From positions 810,001 through 842,000 of the forward strand of contig NZ_AP028907.1 in NCBI RefSeq assembly GCF_036323395.1: a stretch of DNA of 32,000 nt, read 5' to 3'. Under the pieces are notes generated by a model. It saw only the letters and a program-made list of their open reading frames with translations. It ran no database searches and was not told the origin of the DNA. Of this stretch, positions 8,672-17,582 are shown in pieces. The number at the start of each line of letters is the position of its first letter. Position 1 is the first letter of the stretch. The position numbers and the translations under genes are program-made. The DNA is from Pyrodictium abyssi. Its GTDB lineage: Archaea; Thermoproteota; Thermoprotei_A; Sulfolobales; Pyrodictiaceae.

Positions 8672-10231
8672 TTACCCTATCATGTTAACCCTTATTGTAA
8701 CACCATACTTGTCTTCGAGTTTCTTTAGCTTTTTCATCTTCTTCATCAGTGTCTTAGCAGCTATTCTGGGTACGTGCACCATCACCAGGTTATCGCGGAT
8801 TTCGACTTCAGCACCTGGTATTATGCGTTCAATGAGACGCTTTATTTTCTCATTGTACGCTGATGTTGTGACTTCCTTCACGGGCACTACTACTGTTTGC
8901 TCTCCGAAAGTGTATATCTCGTACGCAAGCTCGTCCGTTAGTGCATCACGTACTTCAACAACAGGTCTAGCAAGGTCTGCCTCACGTAGCCCTGTTGGCA
9001 GCTTGACAGTCATCCGGAGTTCGTAGACCTTCTCTACACGGCCTCTATCTACGAATATAACGGTGTCTATTATGCTTGGCAGCATGCCTATGTCTACTCT
9101 CCTGATAAACCTCTGGACAGCGTCTATGGGTGTGGTAGCGTGCACTACACCTATCATACCTATGCCTGCTAGCCTTAAGTCTATGTATAGACGGAAGTCC
9201 TGGTCGTCACGTAGCTCGTCAAATACTGTATAGTCCGGCCTGCTTAGCAGCAGTATGTCATGCAGCTCCCCTACGTCAGCGTAGTTTTTCGAGTACTGAG
9301 TTATGTCCGGCGGAAGCAGCATATCGCGTGGCGATTCTATAGTCTTGACCACTTTCCCTTTGCTAGCATAGTACTCGGCGAGTGCTTGTGCGAATGTTGT
9401 TTTGCCCATACCAGGTGCACCGGCTATTAGTATGCCTTCAGCCCTCTCATCGAGACGGCGCAGAAGCTTTGATGGAAGCTTGTAGTCTTCTAGCCGTAGC
9501 CGTTTAACTGGCCTTACTGCTGTTATTTCCCAGCCTTCGCTGAGTGGGGGCCTAGTTATCACTATCCTGTAACTACCCAGTTGTACTATTGTTGAGCCTG
9601 CTCTATCTATCTCTATGAACCCGTCTGGTCTACGTCTAGCTACTTCAACTATTTCCCTAGCAATCATTTCGACTTCTTCTCGGGACATTGGCTTCGAGGA
9701 GAGGTCCACGAGAATCCAGTTGCCCGGGGTACCCTTCTTCGCGCGGGGCGGGCTACCTTCTTTTATGTGGACGCTCATGGTATTCTCGTCAAAGAAGTCT
9801 TCTATCCTTAGCTTTTCTTCTCGCCGGGGTTGTACGTATACAACACCGACGCCCATAGCTTCAGCTACGAGTGCTTGAACACGGTCAGCTGTCACGAGTG
9901 TTGCTCCAATCTCGTATGCATAATCTCTTATTAATGCATCTATTGTGCCATAATGGGCGCCTCTAATGTCGTGTATTGACGGTCTTTGACCTACAATCTC
10001 AATCTCTATCAAGCCCTGTTTTGCGAGCTCGCGTAGCCTCTTTATTTCATCGAGGCCAGCATGCCCGGTGGCTTTGCCCTTGTTCGCCTGACTTTCCAGC
10101 TCGGCTATAACCGCCTTATGTATTACCACTTTCCCTCTAATTTTGCCATCTTTAACAAGTCTGGATACAGCGCCCTCGACCAGTACACTGGTATCTGGAA
10201 CATATACCGGTACGTGCTCAAAGCTATACAC
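8672..10231 (-). CDS. PIN domain - PilT/VirB11-type ATPase - KH domain protein
   Basis: N-terminal PIN (YVPDTSVLVEGA; GTIDALIRDYAYEIGATLVTAD), Walker A GAPGMGKTTF, DELRDDQDF, C-terminal KH-like (VMVHVPRIAAKTLMKKMKKLKKLEDKYGV). GTG start. Confidence 0.9.
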   Translation of the reverse strand: MYSFEHVPVYVPDTSVLVEGAVSRLVKDGKIRGKVVIHKAVIAELESQANKGKATGHAGLDEIKRLRELAKQGLIEIEIVGQRPSIHDIRGAHYGTIDALIRDYAYEIGATLVTADRVQALVAEAMGVGVVYVQPRREEKLRIEDFFDENTMSVHIKEGSPPRAKKGTPGNWILVDLSSKPMSREEVEMIAREIVEVARRRPDGFIEIDRAGSTIVQLGSYRIVITRPPLSEGWEITAVRPVKRLRLEDYKLPSKLLRRLDERAEGILIAGAPGMGKTTFAQALAEYYASKGKVVKTIESPRDMLLPPDITQYSKNYADVGELHDILLLSRPDYTVFDELRDDQDFRLYIDLRLAGIGMIGVVHATTPIDAVQRFIRRVDIGMLPSIIDTVIFVDRGRVEKVYELRMTVKLPTGLREADLARPVVEVRDALTDELAYEIYTFGEQTVVVPVKEVTTSAYNEKIKRLIERIIPGAEVEIRDNLVMVHVPRIAAKTLMKKMKKLKKLEDKYGVTIRVNMIG

Positions 10232-10379
10232 GGCCCTTTACAGCCCCCATTACGATGCCAGTACACCGGGAGGCCCTATAGCTCTAATTCTTGCATACTA
10301 GCTACCTCTAGTGGTTAGATTCGTTTGACTCACCGCTGGACCTCTCTCCGGGAAAATAGGCTACATATAGGGCGACAGA

Positions 10380-10598
10380 GTGCCGCGAGTACACATTGAT
10401 GTGGGGAAGCTTGTATCAACACTAATAACACTTGGCTATGTTTATATCACAGTTGATCAGCTTGCATCAATACTAGGTATTTCGACGAGAACCGCTGGTA
10501 GGATTCTTGCAGAAATGTCGCGGCGCGGGCTAGCAAAACGCTGGAGTAAAAGGACATATAAGCTAGAGCTACTGCAGCTAACCGAGGTGAGTAATTAA
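10380..10598 (+). CDS. Small helix-turn-helix protein (72 aa)
   Basis: ITVDQLASILGISTRTAGRILAEMSRRGLAKRW is a clear (winged) HTH; GTG start. Confidence 0.7.
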   Translation: MPRVHIDVGKLVSTLITLGYVYITVDQLASILGISTRTAGRILAEMSRRGLAKRWSKRTYKLELLQLTEVSN

Positions 10599-10922
10599 TT
10601 GCCAAAACCCGTTAAACTAATACTTGTAACAGCAGACCACCATCCACAACATAAGCTATGGATCCAACTAGTAGAAGACGTAGCCAGGAATACTGACCTA
10701 GAGAAGGAGGTCCGAGAAGAAGACTATATGCTGCTAACCGAGTATGGCGACACTGATGATCTAGGCATGCCATGGCTTCCACAGCTACTTGTTCAACTAG
10801 ATGATGGCTCTATCAAGGTGCTTTTATCGCGCCTACCACTCGGGAAAGACTTGAAGCCTGATGTAGAGGAGGCGAAGCGCATAGTACTGGGTAAGCTAAA
10901 CGAGCTATTAACCAATAATTGA
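10599..10922 (+). CDS. Hypothetical protein (107 aa), TTG start directly after the preceding stop
   Basis: Stop codon taa and start codon ttg abut exactly, suggesting coupled translation. Confidence 0.65.
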   Translation: MPKPVKLILVTADHHPQHKLWIQLVEDVARNTDLEKEVREEDYMLLTEYGDTDDLGMPWLPQLLVQLDDGSIKVLLSRLPLGKDLKPDVEEAKRIVLGKLNELLTNN

Positions 10923-11105
10923 GGCTATACCGCTGAGCCCTCCAACTAGAAATATCGGTCAAAGCGCCTAGCCTCTACACTATAATTGTTTTCCTTGCCT
11001 ACCTAGCATACAGCTATGTTACCACTTGCGTTTTACACTGCATAGCATCTTTGACAGCTATTAGCCCACTGAGTTGAATCGCATAAACTTACCGGGATAC
11101 ATACC

Positions 11106-11113
11106 TATATATA
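11106..11113 (+). promoter_or_regulatory. TATA box candidate (TATATATA) upstream of the 11210 gene
   Basis: cctatatatagcgg, about 97 nt before the ATG. Confidence 0.4.
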
Positions 11114-11209
11114 GCGGGCTAGTGGAGCGTCCGACCCGAGATAGACTCACAGCACAATGTTAGCGACACTATAGATTCAACTCCATTTGGCCGCAAAGGT
11201 GGGTATGAA

Positions 11210-11728
11210 ATGAAGATACTTGTGATCAGGGCCGATGAAGGAAAGCTCGTATCATCCGACGTAGTTGAAGGCGATTTCAGTGAAGTAGCTAAGGACATTG
11301 TAAGAAGAGCCCTTGAAGAGTGGAATCCTGCAGAGAGCGATTTAACCGCTATAAGGACTAAGTTTGAGCTACGCTACAAGCTTCCTATAGACCCGGATCT
11401 CTACGATAAGATAATGGACCTAAACCTGGAGCTCATAAGAGAGGGCAATGAGCTCATAGTTAACTTGCCGGTGCTAACCATAAGCTTCGACAACGCATGG
11501 CTAGATGATGCCTATCTAGACAAGCGTATGTACATAGTATCGCTATACCTCGACGATGCCGCTAAGCAACAGCTAGAAGAATACGCTGTAGAGGCAACAA
11601 AAGAGCCGAAGAGAATTGACACGGGTCAGCCGCTCTCGCTAGGCGAGGAGGACTTGAAAAGACTAGAAGAGGGGCTAGAGGAGATAGAGGAAGAAAAGCC
11701 AAAACGCCGCCGCAGGAAAAAGAAGTAA
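11210..11728 (+). CDS. Conserved archaeal protein, probably DUF2286
   Basis: 172 aa with typical N-terminus MKILVIRADEGKLVSSDVVEGD and basic Lys/Arg tail; family recalled, not searched. Confidence 0.65.
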   Translation: MKILVIRADEGKLVSSDVVEGDFSEVAKDIVRRALEEWNPAESDLTAIRTKFELRYKLPIDPDLYDKIMDLNLELIREGNELIVNLPVLTISFDNAWLDDAYLDKRMYIVSLYLDDAAKQQLEEYAVEATKEPKRIDTGQPLSLGEEDLKRLEEGLEEIEEEKPKRRRRKKK

Positions 11729-11788
11729 ACGGTACATCATACACTCTTGCGTCTAAATCTAGTTATGTTCTAGTGTATGCTTCATGGA

Positions 11789-14700
11789 TTAGCGTTTAAA
11801 GAATACTTCAAGGCGCGAGGATCCTATTACCTCATCCCATGACATGTTTATGGCTAGTAGTATCTGCTCGAACACACCCTTTACACTCTCTATGTACTTT
11901 TCTGCATCAACTTCCGGCAGTCTAGCAAGCTGAACCGGCTTGACACCTTCCTTACCTTTAACCTTTACAAACGATATAACGTCACCTGGTAGTACTTGTA
12001 CACCGGCTCTTATCAGCTGCTTAGCAGCCTTAACGTGCTGCGGAGTATTCTTTGTATACGCTTCAACAGGCTTATTCAATGCCATTCTTATAGCTAGCTC
12101 GTCGAGATTGAATTCCATATCACGTAAGCCATGATAGACTTTACGTAGCCTATCTCTTATAGAGTCCCTTACACGTATGAAGTCCTCCGGAGTCTTCACC
12201 GAGCCGAGTATAGCCAGTATTTCTTTAAACTCCTTCTTAAGGAACTCTGGTGTGTTACGCTTCTTAGCTACAAGCCCCTTGACATCAACACTGCCGTCTT
12301 CATAGGCACCTATGTAGTTCTTCTTAAGCCCGCTAAATGTTACAAATTTGTATACTTTATCAACCTCGAGGTCTAGCCCAAAGTTGGTCTCAACATACTC
12401 CTGCAGCTCTCTGAGACCCTCTTCACTAGGATTCCATATGAAGAGTGAGTCAGTGTCACCATAGAGTACGCGTAGTCCTATTTCTCCCGCCTTTTGTAAC
12501 GTTTGCCTAATGGTATAGCGCCCGATTGCTGTAACGCTTTCCGCGACTGGAGGTGCATAGAATGGGAAGCTCTCTGCACCAAATACTCCGTAGCTCGCGT
12601 TTATGTATACCTTCATTGCCGCCTGGACTGTATTGTACCAGGCTCTCATCATGACTGGCAATGACTTGTCCTTTGCCTTCTTCTTATATATCTTGACGCG
12701 GTAGTCTCTTAGCAGTCCAACAATCTGCGATGTAAGCCCTGGTATACTCATACAGACCTTATGTCCTACATCTGGCACTTCTACAAGTTTTGAGTCCGGA
12801 CAGTATACGGGGTTAACGGTTTCGTAGCTTAGATTCCATCTCTTGATTATACTCGGGTACAGGCTGGCGAAGTCCAGGACGACCACATTGAAGTATATAC
12901 CGCTCGGTGGATCTAGTACCAGTGCTCCTTGGTACTTCTTACCTTTTATTAGTGCTGCTGAGCGTGTATCACCCTTAAGCCGGATTATTTCTTCTCTTGT
13001 CGGTATTAGGTAGCCTCTCCTTCTGTGCTCCCAGTAGAAGAGGCTCTTAATCCATGCAGATACCTGGCTTCTGGTAACGTCTTCTAATGGAAGCTTTGAT
13101 ATACGCATGAGCAGTATTATCAGCGTCCATACGAGGTCGTTATTGAAGCTGGTGAGTTTAAGCGTGAGGTCTGCGTCACGGACGTTATACCTTATGAGCT
13201 CGAAGAAGGGTAGATCACTTACAGTAGACTCAACTTCAACCTTGTGTTCGCCTAGAAGTGCTGACGCTACAGCGTCGAGAGTAAACTCGCGGTATGCATT
13301 ACCGAAGGCATACGTTTGTATAGCCTTTATGCTAAAGAACTTGTACAAGTCTATATGGAAGCCATATGTAACTGTAATGTAGTCGCCCCTCGCACGGAAC
13401 GGTATATAGTCGCGCGGTATACCCAGCTTCACAGCCCGATTGTACAAGTAGGGGAAGTCGAAGTTGTCGCCGTTGAAGCTTAGCACTATTGGGTAGTTAG
13501 CTATTATACGAAACGTCTCAAGGAGAAGAGCACGTTCATCGTCAAATATCTCTACATGCAGGTTGTCGGGTAGAGGCTCACGTGGAGGCTCCATCGGCAT
13601 ACCCGGCCGCGCGAGTACGAATATGGCTCGCCAGCCCTCGTCGGAGGAAAAGGCGACACTGATAACTGGATAGCTAGCTTTTGAGGCGTCTGGTATTCTG
13701 CCTTTAAAAGGTGTAAACACCTCGATGTCTATGGCTACTCTACGAGGCTTGGGAGGAGGCTGCTCGAATAGAGGGAACCATTTAACGGCCATTTCTATTG
13801 TGCTTTCATCCTCGCCTTTGAATATCTCACGTATGTATTCTTCGTCTTTTTTGCTTGGTTCCACATCTACTGCTACCAGCCTACCATTTTCTATCCGGTA
13901 TCTCATGCCGGGTATCAAGCCGTAGTCGTATATATAGTTGTGATGAAACTTTATGTTGGCCTCCCATGCACGTGGAACTTTTTCACGAAGAACTCTCACC
14001 ACGTCAGGAGTCTTGACCACTATCTTTGTTACCTTTCTCTGTTGCCACCTAAGTAGGTCAAACTTTTCAACAACCTCTACGCGGTCAAAGCCCTTATGCC
14101 GAACGATATCATGTATTTCCTGTATCTTGTCCGGCGGTATGTCTGTCAGAAAGTATGGCTTATACCCGGTCTTATCCCGGTAAATGTAGACTATGCCTTC
14201 GCGGTCGTCATAAACCTTAGCTGCTGCAACACCGGATTCACTGTCATACAGTGTCTGCAGTAAGAAGCCCTCGACGCCATCTCTAGCTTCTACCGGCTTC
14301 CTGACAAGGGGGAGCGATGACAGCTTTTCAAGGAAGCCTACATGTTTACCAGCTATAATAGACTCTAAGGCCTGCGGCACGCTTGTTGGACCATGCCTAT
14401 CCGCTGTCGTTGCCACTCCGCTGCCGATACTACTATCCTGTCTACTCGCGCTGCTCGCTGACATGTCGTGCGCCGTGCCAACGCCCAGTACTGTGTCAGG
14501 AGCTGCGCCGCCGAGGTTACCTACTATGTTGATACTATTGGCGTAGCCTTTACCATTCTCACTGGCGGATTCTCCACCTTCATGCGCATCGTTTTTAGCG
14601 GTGGCTATTTCGGAGAGAAGCTCGCGAAACCTACTCTCATAGAATTCTTCTATGCTGCCAGGCCCAGCTTGCAGCTTGCCATCTTCTCTAGTACCTTTGC

Positions 14701-14845
14701 CAGCTTTTTCTGCCTCCCGGACATGGCTACGCTGTTTTCCTACATTACTTGTAGCTGTATTTGTCTTCCTAGTTAGACCCCTAGCTGGAGAAAGGAATTC
14801 AAGCAGATTCCTTTCTCCAGCGCGCTTCCTTACACGCTTCGCCAC
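11789..14845 (-). CDS. Family B DNA polymerase (PolB1/Dpo1-like) with long N-terminal extension
   Basis: Exo I VAIDIEVF, Exo II SFNGDNFDFPY, DFASLYPSIIKRWNLSYET, KxxxNASYGVFG-type motif (KVYINASYGVFG), YGDTDSLFIW. Confidence 0.95.
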   Translation of the reverse strand: MAKRVRKRAGERNLLEFLSPARGLTRKTNTATSNVGKQRSHVREAEKAGKGTREDGKLQAGPGSIEEFYESRFRELLSEIATAKNDAHEGGESASENGKGYANSINIVGNLGGAAPDTVLGVGTAHDMSASSASRQDSSIGSGVATTADRHGPTSVPQALESIIAGKHVGFLEKLSSLPLVRKPVEARDGVEGFLLQTLYDSESGVAAAKVYDDREGIVYIYRDKTGYKPYFLTDIPPDKIQEIHDIVRHKGFDRVEVVEKFDLLRWQQRKVTKIVVKTPDVVRVLREKVPRAWEANIKFHHNYIYDYGLIPGMRYRIENGRLVAVDVEPSKKDEEYIREIFKGEDESTIEMAVKWFPLFEQPPPKPRRVAIDIEVFTPFKGRIPDASKASYPVISVAFSSDEGWRAIFVLARPGMPMEPPREPLPDNLHVEIFDDERALLLETFRIIANYPIVLSFNGDNFDFPYLYNRAVKLGIPRDYIPFRARGDYITVTYGFHIDLYKFFSIKAIQTYAFGNAYREFTLDAVASALLGEHKVEVESTVSDLPFFELIRYNVRDADLTLKLTSFNNDLVWTLIILLMRISKLPLEDVTRSQVSAWIKSLFYWEHRRRGYLIPTREEIIRLKGDTRSAALIKGKKYQGALVLDPPSGIYFNVVVLDFASLYPSIIKRWNLSYETVNPVYCPDSKLVEVPDVGHKVCMSIPGLTSQIVGLLRDYRVKIYKKKAKDKSLPVMMRAWYNTVQAAMKVYINASYGVFGAESFPFYAPPVAESVTAIGRYTIRQTLQKAGEIGLRVLYGDTDSLFIWNPSEEGLRELQEYVETNFGLDLEVDKVYKFVTFSGLKKNYIGAYEDGSVDVKGLVAKKRNTPEFLKKEFKEILAILGSVKTPEDFIRVRDSIRDRLRKVYHGLRDMEFNLDELAIRMALNKPVEAYTKNTPQHVKAAKQLIRAGVQVLPGDVISFVKVKGKEGVKPVQLARLPEVDAEKYIESVKGVFEQILLAINMSWDEVIGSSRLEVFFKR

Positions 14846-14934
14846 GCACTGCCCCCTATACGCCTCTCTAATGTAACACCGTATAAGGTGGCTGACCTAT
14901 GGCGAGCTACCAACAACACAGAATTACATGTAAT

Positions 14935-14943
14935 GCTTAAAAG
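14935..14943 (+). promoter_or_regulatory. Candidate TATA box for the tRNA gene (gcttaaaag)
   Basis: AT-rich element about 45 nt upstream of the tRNA 5' end. Confidence 0.35.
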
Positions 14944-14983
14944 GGTCTACCGTATCTGAAGAGCCATAATGGCGGAAAGAGGT

Positions 14984-15061
14984 GGGCCCGTAGTCTAGCC
15001 AGGATAGGACGCCGGCCTGCGGAGCCGGTAGTCCGGGGTTCAAATCCCCGCGGGCCCGCCA
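14984..15061 (+). tRNA. tRNA-Arg(GCG), intronless, CCA encoded
   Basis: Acceptor GGGCCCG/CGGGCCC; D stem GTCT/GGAC; anticodon stem CCGGC/GCCGG with loop CTGCGGA (anticodon GCG at 15019-15021); T stem CGGGG-TTCAAAT-CCCCG; discriminator G; genomic CCA 15059-15061. Confidence 0.95.
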
Positions 15062-15102
15062 CTCCCTTTACACTACCAGAGGGGCCCAGAAACGGGGATC
15101 GC

Positions 15103-16107
15103 ATGAGGCTACCCTCTTGGTGTAGAATCAATAGAATTATAGACGCATCGCTCCAATTAACGCCCGGAGATCTCCTAGTAGCTGACGACGGGCGTGTACT
15201 GCTCTATGTACGGCGCGTACACGGCCTAAAGGTCATGGCAATACCCAAGTACGTCGCAGGCTACGGGCCTTGGAGCATACCTTATTTTACCACGCTTAGA
15301 CGCGTCATAGGGACTTACTCCCCCCACGAAGTCAGTGCTTTATCTTCTATCGCGGACAAAGAGTATCTGCCCTATTACGGGGCTACAGCACCGCTACAAG
15401 ACCTCGCCACATTTAGGGGACTCATATGCAGCCTCACACCTCCACTGCATAGAGCGATAGCCGAGCTAGACCGGTTCTCAAATAACGAATGGTCCCTTCT
15501 GTCTACAGTTTTGCCAGAGCTACTGGTGTGTGGAAAACCCACAGGGTCCCTACTCATGGCTTCCCTCAGGAGCTTCTCGGACATAGATATAATTTATATA
15601 ATTGACAGTACATCATGCACAAAGGCACTAGAGGAACACATACAATACAGCCGTGTAAGACCTCTGCCCCATACCCAGCTCACTGAGTGGTGCCACCGCG
15701 AGGCTACCTCGCGAGGCTTGCCCATAGAAATTGTCGCTAAGCTTTACCGTTCTTGGTCGCGATTTGTATTAGGAAAGCGTACCATCTCATTATCATTCGC
15801 GTCTGCTTCTCTACGGTGGAGCGAAGAAAGAAGAATAGTACATACAAGCAACAGTATCGTAGAGACGACTGTACATGTAGACCCGTACAGCTATAGCCTT
15901 GCCGATTTCCCCGCGATAGTTGAGACTAGAGAAGGCATATACATACTTGTGTACGATGGACTATTCATACCACCACTTTATGAGGGAGGTGTGTTCCGCG
16001 TACGCGGCATCATGTCAAAAGTATCGACTAGCAAGGGCGACATCGACGCACTTGTTGTAGGCATTAGGGAGGCATTAACCTTTGTTGAACCACTACGCGC
16101 CCGGTAA
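15103..16107 (+). CDS. Hypothetical protein with possible nucleotidyltransferase-like core (334 aa)
   Basis: KPTGSLLMASLRSFSDIDIIYII resembles the GS...D-x-D motif of nucleotidyltransferases. Confidence 0.6.
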   Translation: MRLPSWCRINRIIDASLQLTPGDLLVADDGRVLLYVRRVHGLKVMAIPKYVAGYGPWSIPYFTTLRRVIGTYSPHEVSALSSIADKEYLPYYGATAPLQDLATFRGLICSLTPPLHRAIAELDRFSNNEWSLLSTVLPELLVCGKPTGSLLMASLRSFSDIDIIYIIDSTSCTKALEEHIQYSRVRPLPHTQLTEWCHREATSRGLPIEIVAKLYRSWSRFVLGKRTISLSFASASLRWSEERRIVHTSNSIVETTVHVDPYSYSLADFPAIVETREGIYILVYDGLFIPPLYEGGVFRVRGIMSKVSTSKGDIDALVVGIREALTFVEPLRAR

Positions 16108-16196
16108 AGGAGCTACAGCTTGCATGATGAGCTAGAGCCCGCAAAGGACATAAACAAGTATCATGAAAGACTACTTTACAAGTTGTTTTAATTGGC

Positions 16197-16544
16197 TTAT
16201 GCTTGTTTTAGGCTTGCCTCGAGTATGTTCATGGCTTTTTCCAGCGCCTTCCTCTTCTGTTCCTCGTTTCCAGCAGCCAGTGCCTCTACCAGTGCAGCGA
16301 ATAGGCGATAGAGATTTACTACCTCGTTTCGTAGCCTGTCAGTCTTCTCCTCTAGGTCCGATATACGTGTATTCATCGTGTCCATTAGGACGTCTACTGT
16401 ATGCAGTATCTCCTCTATCCCTTCAACACCGTGGTGATGATGGTGATGATGCCCATGATCATGCTGTGCTTCAGCTACCTCCTCAACAACCTTCTGCAGG
16501 TCATCCTCTTTCTTGGGTAGCGTCATACGCATACGCTTACCCAT
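16197..16544 (-). CDS. Histidine-rich coiled-coil protein (115 aa)
   Basis: QHDHGHHHHHHHG followed by heptad-like helices (DVLMDTMNTRISDLEEKTDRLRNEVVNLYRLFAALVEAL). Confidence 0.65.
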   Translation of the reverse strand: MGKRMRMTLPKKEDDLQKVVEEVAEAQHDHGHHHHHHHGVEGIEEILHTVDVLMDTMNTRISDLEEKTDRLRNEVVNLYRLFAALVEALAAGNEEQKRKALEKAMNILEASLKQA

Positions 16545-16586
16545 GCACTGCCACCATCCAGGCTGTAGCCGTGCCGGGGTTTAACT

Positions 16587-16865
16587 CTAGTTTCCCTCAT
16601 CGAAAACCTCGTCCTTCTCAACCATATTATCTACAGCTACTACGTCTCTGCTATACTTGCTCGCATCCGCCAAGTACAATATAACCTTCTTCGCTGCCCG
16701 GTAGTCGACGCATCTAGTCTCGTACGTGACACCCTCTTCATCCTCGGCGACTATCCGCTTCATGCCAGGCGTATCGCAGTCTTCAACCCAGTATTTCCTC
16801 AAAAGCCCTATAGCCGCCATTCCCTCTATCTGTGTTACATAGACACGTCTACGCTGTCTCGTCAT
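16587..16865 (-). CDS. Hypothetical protein (92 aa)
   Basis: Complete ORF within a plausible minus-strand run; no known motif. Confidence 0.5.
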   Translation of the reverse strand: MTRQRRRVYVTQIEGMAAIGLLRKYWVEDCDTPGMKRIVAEDEEGVTYETRCVDYRAAKKVILYLADASKYSRDVVAVDNMVEKDEVFDEGN

Positions 16866-16951
16866 AGCTTTCTTGCCGCCCCAATTCTTTGCGACAAGGC
16901 CTTACAGCCATTAAACTCTACCGCCACAGGGAGCAGTGCTTGTCTAGGCCT

Positions 16952-17140
16952 CTACCTACAGTACAGCAAAGCCAGAATAACAGCCGCAAATGCGAGCAAT
17001 AAGGCCGCCATATTAGCCATTCGCAGCGCGTCCGGCCTCCTACTACGCCGGAGAAGTACTCCCTGCGCTACTACGCTGGCTACCACCAGTGCAGCACCAA
17101 CCATGGCTATTATAGTGGCTGCACTACTGCACGTACCCAA
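16952..17140 (-). CDS. Small membrane protein with two predicted TM helices (62 aa)
   Basis: AATIIAMVGAALVVASVVAQGVLL and MANMAALLLAFAAVILALLYC hydrophobic segments. Confidence 0.5.
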   Translation of the reverse strand: MGTCSSAATIIAMVGAALVVASVVAQGVLLRRSRRPDALRMANMAALLLAFAAVILALLYCR

Positions 17141-17222
17141 CTCGGCGCCACCAGGAGCTTCCGGGAATGGACTGAACTACTTTAGCTAGAGCCGCCGCAC
17201 CATACCTTACGGGCACACCAGG

Positions 17223-17582
17223 ATGAAAGAGTCATCCCTTGCCAAGCTAGCTAAGAGAATTGCCCAGGCCTTCAAATCCTTCCATGGATTCATCTACCAG
17301 CGCGGAGTCGACGATCCAAAAGACGTTCTTACCGTTGTTAGGTCCTCCGGCATAGGCATGCTGCTAAACAATGTAGCATTAAGCCAACAGCATGGCATCT
17401 ATGCGCTACTATTGAACGATAGAGCATGCAGGACAGAGTGCATATACGAGAAGGGTTGTAGCCCCGACGACAGCGAGTGTCTTAATAGATGCATGGAGCA
17501 GTGCCGGTCAAGGATAATAGATAGAATAGTGGAGGCGTTAAACAGCTATGCTGAGCGTCAGCATAGAGCCGCTAAACGTTGA
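17223..17582 (+). CDS. Small Cys-rich protein (119 aa)
   Basis: CRTECIYEKGCSPDDSECLNRCMEQCRSR; overlaps the start of the MarC gene. Confidence 0.6.
   Translation: MKESSLAKLAKRIAQAFKSFHGFIYQRGVDDPKDVLTVVRSSGIGMLLNNVALSQQHGIYALLLNDRACRTECIYEKGCSPDDSECLNRCMEQCRSRIIDRIVEALNSYAERQHRAAKR

Noticed and set aside
11940-14876. Plus-strand ORFs opposite the DNA polymerase gene
   Set aside because: Antisense shadow frames of a clearly coding gene; no motifs.
14937-15131. Minus-strand ORF containing GPRGFEPRTTGSAGRRPI
   Set aside because: This is the well-known spurious peptide produced by translating the antisense of a tRNA gene; the tRNA explains the conservation.
16108-16196. CATGATGA element suggesting another C/D sRNA
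   Set aside because: No CTGA D box at a suitable distance on the same strand.
16163-16684. 173-aa plus-strand ORF spanning the His-rich protein
   Set aside because: The translation is Pro/Ser/Cys-rich and antisense to a better minus-strand coiled-coil ORF, with repetitive composition from the His-tract complement.
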